A DNA stretch of 22,081 nucleotides from Paraspadella gotoi. Lineage: Eukaryota; Animalia; Chaetognatha. The notes under the pieces were generated by a model. It was not told the DNA's origin and ran no database searches. It saw only the letters and a list, made by a program, of their open reading frames with translations. The position numbers and the translations under genes were made by a program. Shown piece by piece: positions 20,099-22,081 of the stretch. Positions within the stretch are counted from its first letter, which is position 1; each line of letters starts with the position of its first letter. The DNA lies in the NCBI GenBank assembly GCA_051294375.1, contig JBJCIZ010000881.1:1-22081 (forward strand), written 5' to 3'.

Positions 20099-21567
20099 CT
20101 GTCTTGTACATTAACCACCTTTCCACCCTGTATTCCTGAAGACTTTCTTTTCATATTTTTCGCTCTTTTTTTTCGGCATTAAAAAAAAAAATATCAATTT
20201 AATCATGAAGAAGAAAAAGAGAAAAAAATGTTACTTAATGTAACAACTGAAATTTTTTGATAAAAAAAAATTTCTCTCTTCTTAATTTTCTCTCTTCGTC
20301 TGTCTTGATTCATTTCTGATTTCATTCTGAATCACATCGTCGCCGTCTCTACCCACCCTTGTTGCCTTTTGAACGGAGTGAAGAAAGGAAGAAAGGAAGG
20401 CAGGGCTGAAGGCGTTAATCTTTTTTTTCCTCAGAACGCCAAAGGGAAACGTCGCTTTCCTGGACTTCTCCGTCGAGAGAAGGGCCTCACTAAAGAAAGA
20501 GAGAAGGGAAACGACGTTTTTCCCTGGACTTCTCCGCCAGAGAAGGGCCTCACTAAAGAAAGAGAGAAGGGAAACGACGTTTTCCCTGGACTTCTCTGCC
20601 AAGAGAAGGGCCCTGCCGAAGAAAGAAAGAGAAGGGAAACAACGTTTTTCCCTGGACTTCTCCGTCGAGAGAAGGGCCTCGCTGAAGAAAGAGAGAAGGG
20701 AAACGTCGTTTTTCCCTGGACTTCTCTGCCAAGAGAAGGGCCTCGTTAAAGAAAAGAAAGAGAAGGGAAACGTCGTTTTTCCCTGGCCTTCTCCGTTGAG
20801 AGAAGGGCCCTTGCCGAAGAAAAGAAAGAGAAGGGAAACGTCGGTTTTCCCGAACTTCTCTGTCGGAGAAGGGCCCTGCCGAAGAAAAGAAAGAGAAGGG
20901 AAACGTCGTTTTTTCCCTGGACTTCGCCGTCGAGAGAGGGCCCGGCAGAAGAAAAGAAAGAAAAGGAAACGTCGTTTTTCCCTGGCCTCTCCGCCGAGAG
21001 AAGGGCCCTGCCGAAGAAAAGAAAGAGAAGGAAACGTCGTTTTTCCCTGGACTTCTCCGTCGGAGAGAAGGGCCTAGTAAAGAAAGAGAGAAGGGAAACG
21101 TCGCTTTTCCCTGGACTTCTCTGCCAAGAGAAAGGCCTCGCAAGAAAGAGAGAAAGGGAAACGTCGTTTTTCTTTTCTTCGGCAGGGCCCTTCTCTCGAC
21201 AGAGAAGTTCGGGGAAAACCGACGTTTCCCTTCTCTTTCTTTTCTTCGGCAGGGCCCTTCTCTCAACGGAGAAGGCCAGGGAAAAACGACGTTTCCCTTC
21301 TCTTTCTTTTCTTTAACGAGGCCCTTCTCTTGGCAGAGAAGTCCAGGGAAAAACGACGTTTCCCTTCTCTCTTTCTTCAGCGAGGCCCTTCTCTCGACGG
21401 AGAAGTCCAGGGAAAAACGTTGTTTCCCTTCTCTTTCTTTTCTTCGGCAGGGCCCTTCTCTTGGCAGAGAAGTCCAGGGAAAACGTCGTTTCCCTTCTCT
21501 CTTTCTTTAGTGAGGCCCTTCTCCTGGCGGAGAAGTCCAGGGAAAAACGTCGTTTCCCTTCTCTCTT

Positions 21568-21817
21568 NNNNNNNNNNNNNNNNNNNNNNNNNNNNNNNNN
21601 NNNNNNNNNNNNNNNNNNNNNNNNNNNNNNNNNNNNNNNNNNNNNNNNNNNNNNNNNNNNNNNNNNNNNNNNNNNNNNNNNNNNNNNNNNNNNNNNNNNN
21701 NNNNNNNNNNNNNNNNNNNNNNNNNNNNNNNNNNNNNNNNNNNNNNNNNNNNNNNNNNNNNNNNNNNNNNNNNNNNNNNNNNNNNNNNNNNNNNNNNNNN
21801 NNNNNNNNNNNNNNNNN
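21568..21817. other. Assembly gap (250 N)
   Basis: Run of 250 N. Confidence 1.
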
Positions 21818-21927
21818 TATTTATTAATATATAATAATTATATAAAGTTTTGACGGAGTTGTGCAAGTGGAAATGAGTTTAGATGGAAAAAACATAAGTC
21901 ACATTTACTTGAATCTTTAATATTAAT

Positions 21928-22081
21928 CCTTGGAATAAGTATCCTCGTGAAATAATAGAACGGGAAATAGAAGGTAAAGCGTTTATTGAGAGAGAGGCGT
22001 CCAGTAATCAGTAAAATGTAAGAAGTACGGGAGAAAGGTGTAAAAGTAAAATCGTGAAAATCAACGAGCCCCGTGAGGAAG
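21928..22081 (-). mobile_element. Second instance of the 3' terminal repeat junction (cut by window end)
   Basis: 21818-22081 repeats ~3604-3862, with TTAAT at 21923-21927 followed by CCTTGGAATAAG... Confidence 0.8.

Larger units (their letters stand above)
17362..21567 (+). repeat. Copy C of the block, ending in a fold-back inside the hairpin array
   Basis: Appears identical to copy B up to ~19880. ~21171-21567 is the reverse complement of ~20497-20890. Confidence 0.95.

Overview
AT-rich eukaryotic (probably invertebrate animal) DNA from a gapped, apparently long-read-patched draft assembly, made almost entirely of repeats. I see no confident protein-coding gene, RNA gene or CRISPR array; the long ORFs in the track are translations of tandem repeats. 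Three layers are visible. (1) Host repeats: a DINE-1/Helentron-like non-autonomous element with about 7 degenerate internal modules, a (GGAC)n tract and a terminal hairpin, plus minisatellites and small inverted-repeat elements. (2) Assembly redundancy: one ~5-kb block occurs three times, each starting after a 25-N gap and ending in a fold-back at a different point. (3) The main observation, reconstructed from junctions: an LTR-like insertion. A ~210-bp terminal direct repeat (CGATGAGG...TTCCAAGG) is seen with its left flank (9598, 14552, 19875, + strand) and with its right flank (3712-3917 and 21928 onward, - strand). The empty site at 1-40 defines a 5-bp ATTAA target-site duplication. The left repeat is followed by a tRNA-Lys(CUU)-type primer-binding site. 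The ends are not TG...CA, no polypurine tract precedes the right repeat, and the visible interior (over 5 kb) shows no gag/pol but is CpG-rich, with a 15-copy double-hairpin array, two oppositely oriented GATGGAA arrays and short protein-like frames. The two ends are not contiguous here, so treating them as one element is an inference.
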